A stretch of 64,000 bases of DNA from Hemiscyllium ocellatum (Eukaryota), in contig NW_026867509.1 of the NCBI RefSeq assembly GCF_020745735.1, positions 1,054,001-1,118,000 of the forward strand. The letters are read 5' to 3'. The notes beneath the pieces were generated by a model that saw only the letters and a list, made by a program, of their open reading frames with translations, did not search any database and had not been told where the DNA came from. Of the stretch, positions 50,715-63,024 are shown piece after piece; within the stretch, counting starts at the first letter, position 1; every line of letters begins with the position of its first letter. Position numbers and translations under genes: made by a program.

Positions 50715-51024
50715 GTTTCGGTTCTCTGGTGTCCCGGAGTCCACCACTCCAAACCTCTGCTGCTGGTGACACCGTTACATTAAGCTGTGAATACTCAGGG
50801 ATCTGTCAATACACAGTTTACTGGTACTGTCAGTCCCCAGGCCAACCTCCGAAATATATGCTTCAAAGACACACCTCAGGAGGGCAGAATAAAGAAAATG
50901 TTGCAGGCGGACGAATTTCTGCTTCTCTTGATGCTACAGCGAAAATCGGTTGGTTAATGATCTCGCAAACACAACTGAGTGACTCCGCTGTATATTACTG
51001 TGCACTGCGTCGGCACTCAGCTAG
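50715..51024 (+). CDS. Leaderless supporting TCR V-delta exon, cassette 2 (...YYCALRRHSAS)
   Basis: Phase-1 acceptor at 50714; open V frame with CDR1 Cys and WYCQ; RSS CACATTG 51025-51031 + 23 + ACAAAAACC 51055-51063. Confidence 0.9.
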
Positions 51025-51314
51025 CACATTGATACACAGTGCGGAGAGAGCTGCACAAAAACCTGAACATGCTGGGAATTACAGGCAGAGTGCCACAGGT
51101 CAAGGAGACAGCTCCAAAATACTTAAACATGGGGTGATAACAGACACAATGCTACACAGCACGGAGAAATATTTCAAATAACTGTTACTCAGGGTGGAGT
51201 ATTTTGTTATTGACACAGTAACACAGAGCATGGAGAAACCCGCACAAGAAGCTGAACACGATGGGGTTACAGACACTCAACATCACTGAGCGCAGAGAGA
51301 GCTGCACAAAATCA
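51025..51314 (+). repeat. RSS of supporting V-delta 2 plus RSS-like tandem array
   Basis: Paralog of 3598-3887; unit 4 is CACAGTA 51214-51220 + 23 + ACAAGAAGC. Confidence 0.75.
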
Positions 51315-52877
51315 TGTTGGCAGAGGCTTGAGGAGGTGAACTTCGAGCTGGGGTCCTGGATGGGTTTGAGCGGGATTGTCTTTATCGAGAATCTGCTCGA
51401 TTGATTAGTATTGATTGTTTGTCAATGCACTGTTTATAAAGGAAAACATCCTGTTCACGGGAAGAATTCTCGCTTTATTTAAACCAGCGTCTAACATAAC
51501 GTGTTTCTTCTTTACACACTGATAATAGAAAATCAATCAGTTAAGAAGACGGCGTGTTACATTTTACACAAGAGGCAAACAGCATGAGCAAATTCGTCAA
51601 TAACTCGTGTATTCTAATTGAATTATTATTCGAACAGGAAATGCGTGTTGGACAGTTGGGAAACAGCAAAGGTTTGAGGAGTATTTGGTTTCCAGCTTCA
51701 TGGGTGGGGATTGGCATGCATATCGAGTAACATTCCTCTGTACTGTGTGAGTTCGTGATTTCAGTTTTCAGTTTATAATCTTTTCTGACGAAACTTAATT
51801 TCAAATATACATTCAGACATCAGTGGTATGTTTCACTTCCAAAAAGCATGCTTCTGAGACATACCCATCTGGGTTCTCTCAGGAACTGCACACAGGAACA
51901 TTTAACCAAAAGTATAAAAGCACATAAATTGAACACCAACTGTCAGAGATCAATGATTTTGACACAGCAACACGTCAGGTAATATTCTTTTTTTTCTAGT
52001 GTTGGCCAAAAGGAGGCTCGATCGCTTTCAAATTATTTTGAATTTTCGCGGTCAGTGTCTTAATTTCTTCAAGTACTTTGTGCTGTTTGTGGTTTGTGCC
52101 ATCGTGGGAGATTGTTCCAAAGTCTCTAAGTTGTCGGTTGGTTTCAGTTTGTATAGATTCAGCTGCGGTTTTACTGTTTCTCACCGGAAGATTTCTCTTC
52201 AGCATATATGACAATCCCAATTCCCTCCAATCATTTGTTCGATTCTATCCCATCTTGTGGGGGCCGAGCGTTCTCTGAACTTTATATTATTAACAACCTG
52301 CAGAGCAGGTTCAGGACATTTACCTAATTTGACCCCGCAAATGTATGCCCATCACATGAAACTCTCGCCAATTTACACTGAATGATACATTAACAGTTGG
52401 AATCATGCAAGTATCTCTTCCTTTCGTCATTCTTTCGCTTCCCTGTTCCACCTACTGTTTGTATGAGTGTTTGTATTCTGTTCTAATATGCTTTTGCGTG
52501 GATGCATTTGTCTTAATATCTCCATTTGTTGTTCTAGTGAATTTTGTCACGGAGTCACGAATAAGAACTATTTTCTGAATTCAGTTCATGTAACCAGGGC
52601 ATCATTTAAAACATCCCTGTTCAGTCACCTTCTGGTTCCATGTTTTCTGGAGAAGAGTGATCCAACCTATTCAAACTTTTCTTCAGCCGCAATATACAGC
52701 TATATTATGCAGGGAGTGATCTTTTGTGGAGTCAGTGCACATTAAGTTAATTCCTTTTTTACTGGATGACATCGAATTTCTAAAATCGCACTGAGGAAAT
52801 CATACCAAATACCACACAAGGCTCGAGATTGGACTGCCCTTCTAACTTTTACTTTCGTGCACAACCAATGATAACGT

Positions 52878-53185
52878 ATTAGATTAAATTTCCGACAGTT
52901 TTTGAAACAGACCCTAAGGCCCAACAAGTCCACACCGGCCCATCGAAGATTAACTCACTAAGACCCATTTCCTTAACCTACATTTACCCCTAACTAATGC
53001 ACGAACATTATGGACAATATAGCACGGCCAATTCACCTGACATGCAAAGCTTTGGATTGTGGGAGGAATGCCACGCAAACATAAAGATAATGTGGAAACT
53101 CCACAGAGGCAGTCGCCCACGACGGGAATCGAACCCTAGTCCTTGGCGCTATAAAGCAGCAGGGCAATCACTGAGCCAACATGCC
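52878..53185 (-). mobile_element. Older tRNA-derived SINE (duplicate of 5455-5746)
   Basis: Same position within the duplicated block. Confidence 0.7.
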
Positions 53186-55922
53186 TGCGAAGGTATGCCT
53201 TAGTAACAATGTAATTTATATAGAAAAGTAGCAGATAGCAATCATTTTCTTCCTGAGCATTTTATTATTATAAATTCAACCAATTTTGATGGCAGTTCTG
53301 CAATTCTCTGCAGTGCCCTGAATCATCGGGATTTTTTTTTTCACATCTTCTCAAGTCTTTTATTTGGATTTATTGACAACTCGTTTTCTCCGCTCTCAAC
53401 ATCTGAATATCGCAAAACATAACGTCACTTTAATTTCTATTTTCAATTAATACGAATATTGAACGTTCCAATTTAGCTGAACAGGATATCCCAAACGTTT
53501 TTTCTCTGATTTCTGAATTCAAGCTAAAATTTGAAATTTACACGAGATCTATTTTCCCTTGTCAAGAGTCTTTTTTAAACTATCTCAAATATCTGTGTTA
53601 TTAATATTTACTTGCTAATGAACATCCTATTTGATTGATCTAAGATACTTGTAGTAAATCATTCAGGAAAAGAAAAACTTGATAATTTCTTGATGAGCAC
53701 ATACTCATTATAAGCTTTCCAAGGCTAATGGCCAGTCCTCATCAAAATAACCTTTACTGACACCATATTCCTACACAGCAATGAAATGACATTTCTTTTC
53801 TTTTGTGGAAAATGCAGAACTAAAATAAATTTAATATTTAACAACTTTTTCAAAATGGGAGAGAGAGGACCAGCTGTCCACTATAATTGCTCTTATTTTA
53901 ATCATAAATATATCAATACAAGCTGAAATTCTTCTGAAAGGAGTGGGAGGCATAGCTTTCCTTGCTCCAAGAATACGTAAAGAAAAGTGTGTTTGAAGTT
54001 AACTGGCGTGGTTAAACCTGACTGACCTTGCAAGGAGAACCATGATTCTTAATGGAACCAACACCTCCTTACTGAGTTTTATAAGTGCAGTTAGTAAATG
54101 GTTATGTTTATCCTGAATTTAGTAGCGCGACGTTTGGGGAGATGTATAGCCTGTCTTAAGTTCTGATAACCTTTATAACATTTTTGTTAATTTATTAATG
54201 AACAGTAACTCTAATTTATGTAGTCTCAAGACAATTATATATCTTTAAGGAGTCAGATTGGAGCACATCACCATTTCGTTAGTCTGCTTCACATAGCTTT
54301 TAAATTAAATTTGTAATTATTTGACCCACGGTGGCTGTACTCGAAAGCTTTGAAGGAACAGTTTTCTAGTATATCTGGTCGGCATGGACGAGTTGGATGG
54401 AAGGGTTTGTTTCTGTGCTGTGCGCCTCGATGATTCTATGCTCTGTGGTTATGGCTCCCTTAGTGCTACCCCAGTTACTAAATTTTATTTTACGAGCTCT
54501 ATCTCTTTAATCATTGCATTTTTCCCATTGGAGCTAATGGTCATGCTCGAGCAATAACGTCAAAGGACCCCGTGCTCTATCTGACTTAGTTTACATCTAA
54601 GTACGCTCTGTAGCTCTTACAGTTTCACAAGGCCATGATTGTAATGTGTCTCGTACGTGCCTCCTTGATGACCAGACCGTGCACGCAGTTGTTAAATGCA
54701 CAAGATGCTATGATTGGTTGTGCAATTGCAAGGTTGACCAAATCAGCTCCTGTCTCTGTTCACAGTTATTGGTCAAACTGTCCACCTATTTATTTCCATG
54801 AGACTGGACAGTGTGTCAGCTAATTCTATCATAGCTGTGTTATTGTTTATGCTTAGTTTCACGACATAATTTCTGTCCCTTTTTGCTGACATTACGTTCC
54901 ATCCTGTCTCTGCTTATAATAAGCTACACTACGTCTCTGCTTCTATTAAACTAGGTTCCAGCTTAATTGTGGTTTCTCAGGAGTGTGTTGATGGCACTAT
55001 GCATTCACATGCTATTTACTCGTTTCGAACATGTGCGAGATCGTTTGGAACCTTGAGGTGTCTTTAATAGTGGCTGCAATGTGACATATCTATTTTAAAT
55101 TTTCACGACGTCTGTCCCCCTGAAAATTGAAAGTGGTTTTATCTCATTTGCCAATGCACTAGTATACGACCCTTTCTGCAATACAATAACCGTGTCTTTG
55201 TTGCCAATGAACTTGGCACCATACTTTTACGTAATCTTCTAATACTCATTCATCTGTTGCTTTCCTGTTACGTTAGATATTGAAAATTGTCAACTGTTTC
55301 TGCAACAGAAGTCATCAGCAGAACTTCAGAATTTGAACACCATTCTTGAACTTGTGATTTACATGATCAAATAAAGAATTTTTCAGATTCAACGTTACCA
55401 AAAGTTCCATTTGATGCTCCCCACAATGTTATGGTGTCTTGTTTGTTAACTGTGTTTTCCAAAATTTGAACTGTAATTTTATGGAAATGTTGAAGCAGGG
55501 TTAAAGTATTCGGCATGAAAAAGCGTACAAAAGAACGCAAACGAAGAAGTAAACTGAAGTTTAAAATACATATTATACAGCGAAATCGCAGAATTGGTAA
55601 GCAGAAAGGAAGTTTTAAGATAGGGACTGAATTCAGTGTTTGCTATCAGCGGATTCACAAACTGAAGACTCGACATCATGTTTTGTGAAGTTCGAGGAAC
55701 CAAAGTAATTACAATGAGCCTGTCCCCAAAGGGAAATGCAATCATTCACCTTATTGGAAGGCATGAACAGTGAGGTAATCTCTTTGTTCAGCGAAATGTA
55801 AGTAAGGTGCATACTGTGACTTATTTGTCCCGTTGTGAGTATTGAATAAATGAGGGGCCATTTGAATGTGTTGCAGAGCAAACCTCTATGGTGACAGCAA
55901 CTCCTGCAGTTCCTGAACGAAG

Positions 55923-58270
55923 ATGCACGAGCCAGTCATTGCCCCATTCTTTGTCGTTTTCTACTCAATTCTCGCTGCTATCGGTGCCCCTGGTCAGTCA
56001 CTGATGTTCGAGAAAATCGATTACCTATTCGTGTATTTCCAGAAGTTTATTCCTTATCTTTCCAGGATTTAGTAGAATTTTCCCAAACTGCAACTCTTTG
56101 ATTTTACAGCACTTCATCAGGTCTCCAGACCATATAATACATCATGAAATAATATCTGCAGCAAACTTACAGAAAAATGGTCTATTGGAACTGAGAACTG
56201 CGTTGAAACACAATGTATGAACATTGAACAGTAATATTGTCACAGATTGCGTTCAAATGCAATTCAGTGAACTGCAATTTGGTCCATTGTAGGATGATTG
56301 GTTTAACATAGTGTGGTAAAATGCCTTTCTGCACAGCTTTCAAGACAGTATGTAAATATGAATTACTTTGTGGTTGCACTTTAGAAGACATTTTGTAATA
56401 TAAACCTACATTTACTGCTTAAACGAATCTACAGCATGTGCTGTGCAGGGGTGTAACAAAGTGTCGAGTTCCCAAAGGACAACAGAATAGTTAATGTGGT
56501 CTTGGGACTTAAGTGAAGTTTAGTCTAAAAGACGTCAATTGCGATGCAATACTTTTGAACTTTTGTTAGTTTGCTTTTCTGCTGTGAATTCTCTCAAGTT
56601 TCAAATCATTATATTTTAAATAATTGTCCAAAAAGATATTGCTCCTCAATTATGAGAACGTGCAGTTCCACCTCGTCTCAAGTTATCTCACTGTATACAG
56701 CAAACAGCAGAACAATGTGGCAGACCAAGTTAGTTTTGAGGAATATGAAATATTGACAAAAGGTTTGACCAAAGGAACGTCTGAAAGAAGAGAGCAAAAG
56801 CCGAGCTGCTCAGGTCGTAATTCCAATAATTTGGGTTTTAGTCATTAAATCTATAACCAACACACTTTGAAATATTAAATTGAGGGATGCACAGGACATA
56901 GAACCAAACTTAATATGATATTTCAGACTGTTGCATGATGCCGCGGGAATGGATTTCATGAGAGTCGGGAGCATCTGAGAATTTGAAGGATGAGCTTGCA
57001 AAGGGTGAGACATCTCTGTAAGGATCCAACATCGGTCACCATTTATCTGTTAAAGGCTTGCCCATGTTTGATATGAATTTGTTCATGTCAGCCGCATTAT
57101 TTTTGTTATTACAAATTGAACACGTAGCTACTTGGCATTAACTCAGTGACTGGAGAGCGATTTTGTTTTCCTGGACTGATCACATTGACAGATGATGCGG
57201 TGGCGATATGTAAGGCTGGGGTGGAGAAAGTCAGACAGTAGACCTGGTTATTGTCCAATGAGTTTGTTTAAAATAAGAAGATTTCGGACTGCTGTTCCAT
57301 TGTAAATTGCATCGCAATATGTTTAATGCTGCACTTCATGTCTAGTAATCGTCAATGTTTTCAAAAATAAAATGGGCAATGGAAGTGCCAAGGTGATAGT
57401 TGAAGGCAGTTCTGTGAAATATTTCACGAAGATACAAAGTTTCGACTGAGTTCAGTAATGTCTCATTTGATGTTTCACAGCCAACTTGCTGCCGTTCATA
57501 ATTCTATTGCGAGGACGGTGTGGTCTCTCAAGGTGTATCACCTGCTACCTGGTGGCGATCGCAGTGAGTGATTTCCTTGTCATTATTACTGCAGTCATAC
57601 TCAATCGAATCAGCCGCTTTAATTTTCGGAAAAGTCTCTTCTGCACCACTCCTGCGTGCACTCTCTGTGTCGTATTGGTCTATGCCACTCTGGATTGCTC
57701 GGTGTAGCTGACAGTGGCCTTTAACATCGATTGCTTTGCAGCCATCTGCTATCAGAGACAGAAGACCAGATTCAGCCATGAGAAAACCGCATTACTGGTC
57801 ATAGGAATTATCTGTGTTCTGTGTTGCGTCAAGACCATCCCTTTGTAGTTTGTATTCCAGCCATTGTTCATTTTGGATGGGGTACCATGGTTTTGCAACA
57901 TCAAAGCCAGCTTCTATACCTGGCCAGTCTGGCAGGTATATGATTGGCTGTTTCGTATGATGACACCTTTTCTCCCATTCTTTGTCATTCTGCTGCGAAA
58001 CATCCTTACCATAAGACAAATCATAGCGGTCAACAGAGCCCGCAGGAGGCTCTGGTGTGCAGAAAATCGACAAGATCCAGAGATGGTGAACTGCCAAAGG
58101 TCCATTGTCTTGCTGTTTGCCATTTCTCTCAGTTTTCTCCTCATGTGGTCCCCTGTTGTTGGACATTTTATCTATGTGTGGCTGAAAGCTAAGAGTGACT
58201 TCCATGGACTGGATTTCAGGAACCCGAAGTACACATTTGAAAACAGCACAAACATTCTTCAGTTACTTAT
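55923..58270 (+). pseudogene. GPR139/142-like GPCR pseudogene (exon 1 55923-55992, exon 2 from 57481)
   Basis: ANLLPFIILLRGRCGLSRC homologous to the intact gene; TAG at 57705-57707 in SV*LTVA; later frameshifts; 3' end cut by a CR1 element. Confidence 0.9.
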
Positions 58271-59830
58271 TTGGGCTACGGGAGCTTACAGGGAAGGGTG
58301 TAGAGGCTGCAGGAGCTTATAGAGTGAGGGAGGGTAATGGGGCTGAAGGAGTTGTTTGTGTTAGAGCGGCATCTGAGTGTTTCAGAAGGTGTAAACCAAT
58401 GAGGTCACAGATGATGGTAGTGTGCATGAACACTGGCAGAAGAGGTTTGTATACCCTCAGGATTAGAGAGACGTGGTGATGTGGGTGGCCCCAGGAACAC
58501 ATTGGTATAGTTACGTCTGGAGGTAACAAAGGCATGGATGCGAGTTTCAGCAGCAGATGAGTTGACCAAGGGTTTAAACTAGATTGGCAGGGGGGGCAGG
58601 ATCCTCTACAACAGGGAGGCAAGTGCGAGGCTTGAAGGAGATACACTAACAGAAATAGTAAGTTGAAGAGACAGATCAGGTTGGAACTCATAGGGAGCAA
58701 GTAATGCCTGTTGGATTAAATTGTTTTCGATGCAAGAGGACTCTCAGATAAGGCCAATGAACTCAGGGTGCGGAGAGGTACGTGGGACTGGGATATTATA
58801 GCCATTACAGAACCGTGACCAAGGGAAGGACAAGATTGGCAGCTTAATGTGCCAGGGTACATGTGCGCTAGGCAGGACAGAGGTGGTGGAAGGAGGGGAG
58901 GGGGAGTTGCATTTTTGATTAAGTTGAGTATCACAGAAGTAATCAGATGAAATAACTGAAGTATCATCCAGTGAAGGCTTTGTGGGTGGAGCTGTGAGAT
59001 AAGAAAGGAATGGTGATGCTATTAGGGTTGTACTATTGGCCCCAAATATTGAACAGGATTTCAAGGAACAAATATGCAGGGAGACTGGGGAGACTTGCAG
59101 GAGCAATAGAGTTGTCATATTAGGGGTTTTAACTTTCTTAACATAGTTTGGAACTGCCAGAATATTAAGGGCTTAGTTGGGGTGGAATTTGTTAAGTGCA
59201 TTCAAGAAAGGTTCCTCAAGCCGTCCATTCGGGAAGGAGCATAACCCTACCTACACTTGGAGAATAGGGTAGAACAGGTGACGGAAGTCACAATTCGGGA
59301 GCAATCTGGGACCAGTGACCATAGTTCTATTAATTTGAAAATAGTTATGCGGAAGGACAAAACTAATCCACAGTTTCAAGTTCTAAATTGGGGTAAGGTG
59401 AATTTTGATGGAATTAGATGGAAGCTCGCAGGGGTTCATTGGAGTTGTTTATTTGCAGGCAGAGGGACCTCTAGCAAGCCATTAAAAGTGAGATTGCTGA
59501 GGTTCAAGGTCTACATATTCGTGTGAAGGTAAAGGGTAGGCAGGAGTAGGGAACCCTGGATGACAAGTGATATTGTGGCTTGGACCAGGAAGAAAAGGAG
59601 GCGTGGCACAGGTACAGGCAGCTGGGATCAAGGGAATCTCTTGAGGTATACAGGGAATACAAGAGCTGACTGAAGAAAGAAATCAGGAGGGCGAGAAGGG
59701 GTTATGAGATAAGCTTGGCTGAGAAGATTAAGGTGAATCCAAAGAGGTATTTTAAGGATATAAAAGAAAAAAACAATAACTAGAGAGAGAATAGGGCCCC
59801 TCAATGACCAGAGTGGTCATTGAGGGGCCT
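58270..59830 (+). mobile_element. CR1-type LINE fragment (ORF1 esterase end plus ORF2 endonuclease)
   Basis: Broken motifs resembling NARG, WDWDIIAITE and GTSDHSSI. Confidence 0.75.
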
Positions 59831-59839
59831 ACTCATGTC

Positions 59840-60170
59840 CCATCCAGATGCCTGTTAAATATTTTACTTCTCCCAGCCTCCACCACTTCCTCTGTCAACT
59901 CATTCCATACACTTTATGTGAAAAAATGCCCCTTGGATCCCTTTTAAATCTTTCTCTTCTCACCCTAACCAAATGCCCTCTAGTTCTGGACACCCTGACC
60001 CAGGGAAAAGACTGGTGTATTTACCTCACAATTTTATAAACCTCTATAAAGTCACCACTCAGCCTCCGACGGTCGAGGGAAAAAAACCCAAACTATTCAG
60101 CCTTTCCCTTTCATTCAAACCCTGCAATCCTGGTAACATCCTTGTTAATCTTGACTGAACCGCTGCAAGT
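59840..60170 (-). mobile_element. CR1-type LINE 3' end
   Basis: Reverse-complement similarity to the 29.0-29.3 kb CR1 3' region. Confidence 0.6.
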
Positions 60171-61199
60171 TTCACAACATCCTTTCAGTTCACAAGCAAA
60201 ATGGTGGAAACCTGAAATGAAAACCGAAAATACTGGAGATACTCAGCAGGTAGGGCAGCAGCTGAAATGGTGACAGATGCAGGAATGATTACAACCTTGA
60301 GCAGATATTTACATGATCATGCAAGGCACTGCAGCGTAGGTTACAAATGTTACTTACTGAGTGGCAAAAAAATGGGTCGACAGTAAATAGCTGCTTGATG
60401 ACCAGCATCCATACAATGGAGTCATTATGCTCAACAATTTTGCATTCGAGCCTCCTACCTCATTTTGCTCAGTATTTCTCCGTGACTCTCTTTTAGGAAG
60501 CAGGCTGGAGTGGAAGCAGTGAAGAATACAAATTGTTATCCTACTGCCACAAAGCTAGAACCTTTTTTTCTAAAAGATGTTCCTTGACTCAAGGAGACTC
60601 TGTCCTTGATTGTTTTCAGAAAGACAATAAATCAGGCTGGGCCCCGATCGGTCTGGTTTGGTACAGAGATGGAAAGGATTTTGAGAAGTTTTTTTGTTTA
60701 TATGTAAACAGATGAGCCTTCAGGCCAAAGTGATCATGTTTTAGAAGTGACCTGTGTGAGGAAATGGAGTGGTTAACTCTTTAGCTGAGCTGAGCAGTTT
60801 AACTTCTCTCTGACATTGTGAGAAGTTCAACAGGGAGCTGTGTAGAAACTCTCTTTCTCCCTCTCTCTTTCTCTATCTCTACCCTTCAACTTCAACCTGT
60901 AAGCATGTGTTCCATTTACACGGAATTTTAAAGAGAATTTGCTTATCAGGACTGTTGTGTATACTTGCAACAGCATAGCTGGATAGGTTGAGTTCTGCAG
61001 GGGTTCTTTATTCTGTTTTTGTGTTTCATTGTATAATTTTGTAAATAATTTTTTGTCTATTTTAAAATCTCGTCGTCAACCGAGCTATCTTACTCCGGGT
61101 AATTTTCACTGTACACTGACCGAATCAAATTGTAAAGTTATGGACTGGGGCTTCTTGCTTAAGAGTGTTTTGAGTAGTCTGACCTCGTCCACAACTGAT

Positions 61200-62640
61200 T
61201 AGTGGCTCTTTGTGGGATTTTAAACAGTGAGTGGTAGGTGCTAGGATCGTTATTTTGGGTGTTGGTTTGGTTGCTTAGACAAAGCTTGGGATAGTAATGG
61301 CTCTTTCAGTGGCTAAAAATTTTCTGGATGTGTTTGATTACTTAACAAATGATGTCTTAATGAGGAAATGGAGACCATCACACATTCAAGCAGATGAGGA
61401 ATGGGCAGAGATGTTTTGCCAGTAGTGTATAGAAAGAAGGTGCTGCGATTGGCGCATGAGCTACCACTTGGAGTTCATTTCTGGTGAAGAAAACACAGGT
61501 TAAAATACAAATATATTTTTCCTGGCCTGGACTGCACACTGCTGCAATTGAATTTTGCTGGACGTGTCATAAATGTCAGCTAATTGGAAAACCACAGACA
61601 GTAATAAAACCAGAAACTTTAATTTTATTCCCGCATTTGAGGAACCTTTCACAAGAGTCTTGCTTGATTGTGTAGGTGCCCTACCTTAAACAAAAAGTGG
61701 GAATAAGTATTTATTAACAATAATAGATGTGTCGACTTGATTTCCAGAGACAATCCCATTATGCAACATCACAGCAAAAAGGGTTGTAGAAGAATTACTT
61801 CTTTTTTTTTACTGATACGGACTGCCAATAGAGATTCAGTCAGATCAGCTATCACATCCAGGCTATTCAAGGAGGCTAAAGATAACTTGGGAATGAAAGT
61901 ATTCAAATCTACTGAGTACCATACAGAATTGCATGGAGCGCTACAGAAATGGTATCAAAAACTAAAGACCACGTTGAGTGATTATGGTCAGGATTGTCCA
62001 GGTGATTGAAATAAGGGAGTTCCATTTGTAATTTTTGCAATCAGAGCTGCACTGAATGAATTGACCAAATTCAACCCATTTTGAATTAATCTTTGGGCAT
62101 GAAGTAAGAGAACCGTTAAAACTGAAAAAGGAGAAATAAATAAGTCAGAATTCAGAGTCCACTCATTTGGACGATGTGTCACATTTTACGGAATGATTAA
62201 ATAGAGCTAGTGTGTTGGCAAAACAGCATTTAAAAGTATTGCAGCTTCCAATGAAACAGGAAATGGATAAGGAGTCATAAATTCGCCATTTTGCAATTGG
62301 GGATTAGATTTTTTTTTAGATTACTTACAGTGTGGAAACAGGCCCTTCGGCCCAACAAGTCCACACCGACCCGCCGAAGCGCAACCCACCCATACTCCTA
62401 CATTTACCCCTTACCTAACACTACGGGCAATTTAGTATGGCCACGATGGAAGAAACATTTACAGCATTTATTGGACATGTTCGATCGACTTTGGAAGGCA
62501 GGCTTGGTAGTAAACTGAGCTAAAAGTGAATTTGCCAAAGTCCAAGTAACCTTCTTGGACATGTTAATGGACATGGACAAATGACCCCTCGGGATGCAAA
62601 AATGAAGGTAATTGTGGAATTGCCCACACCGGCAATGGAA
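61200..62640 (+). mobile_element. Degenerate Ty3/Gypsy LTR-retrotransposon internal fragment (integrase then RT fragment), interrupted by a SINE
   Basis: Integrase: LAHELPLG.H, C..CQLIGKP, EPFTRVLLDCVG, KYLLTIID. RT end after 62445: WKKHLQHL..FDRL.KAGL.VN. Confidence 0.75.
62302..62443 (-). mobile_element. 5'-truncated young SINE, same subfamily as 8857-9143
   Basis: Near-identical to 8857-8970 (CAGTGTGGAAACAGGCCCTTC...CCTAACACTACGGGCAATTTAG). Confidence 0.9.
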
Positions 62641-63024
62641 AAACCATTACAGGAATTGAACCCATGATGTTGGTATCATCCTGTATCACAAATAAGCTAT
62701 CCAGTCATCTCAATATTCAAACCCCGTACACTGTGATTTCCAGAACTGGATGCACTCAACAAGTTTAGACCAAACTAGTCTTTCATGCAATTTTAACTTC
62801 ATTTCTTGGTAGTTGAAATCTATGGCCCAATTGATAAATTTATTAACTGCTCAAAATTCAAAACAAAGTTTCAATCTGCTTCTCAACGTTACAGAGACTC
62901 AACTCTCATGAAACAAACATAGGTTTAATGTCGTTAACAGAGAAGCGCATTTGACGTGAGATGACACGTTTTCACACCACGATTAGTTCGAATATCGAAT
63001 GCTCTGCCTGGAATTATCTTAGTT

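Larger units (their letters stand above)
47422..56576 (+). repeat. Segmental duplication copy B
   Basis: Colinear with 1-~9427; lacks the 8857-9143 SINE. Confidence 0.95.

Noticed and set aside
60400-61200. Possible LTR of the Gypsy element
   Set aside because: No second LTR, TSD or clear primer-binding site seen to fix the boundaries.
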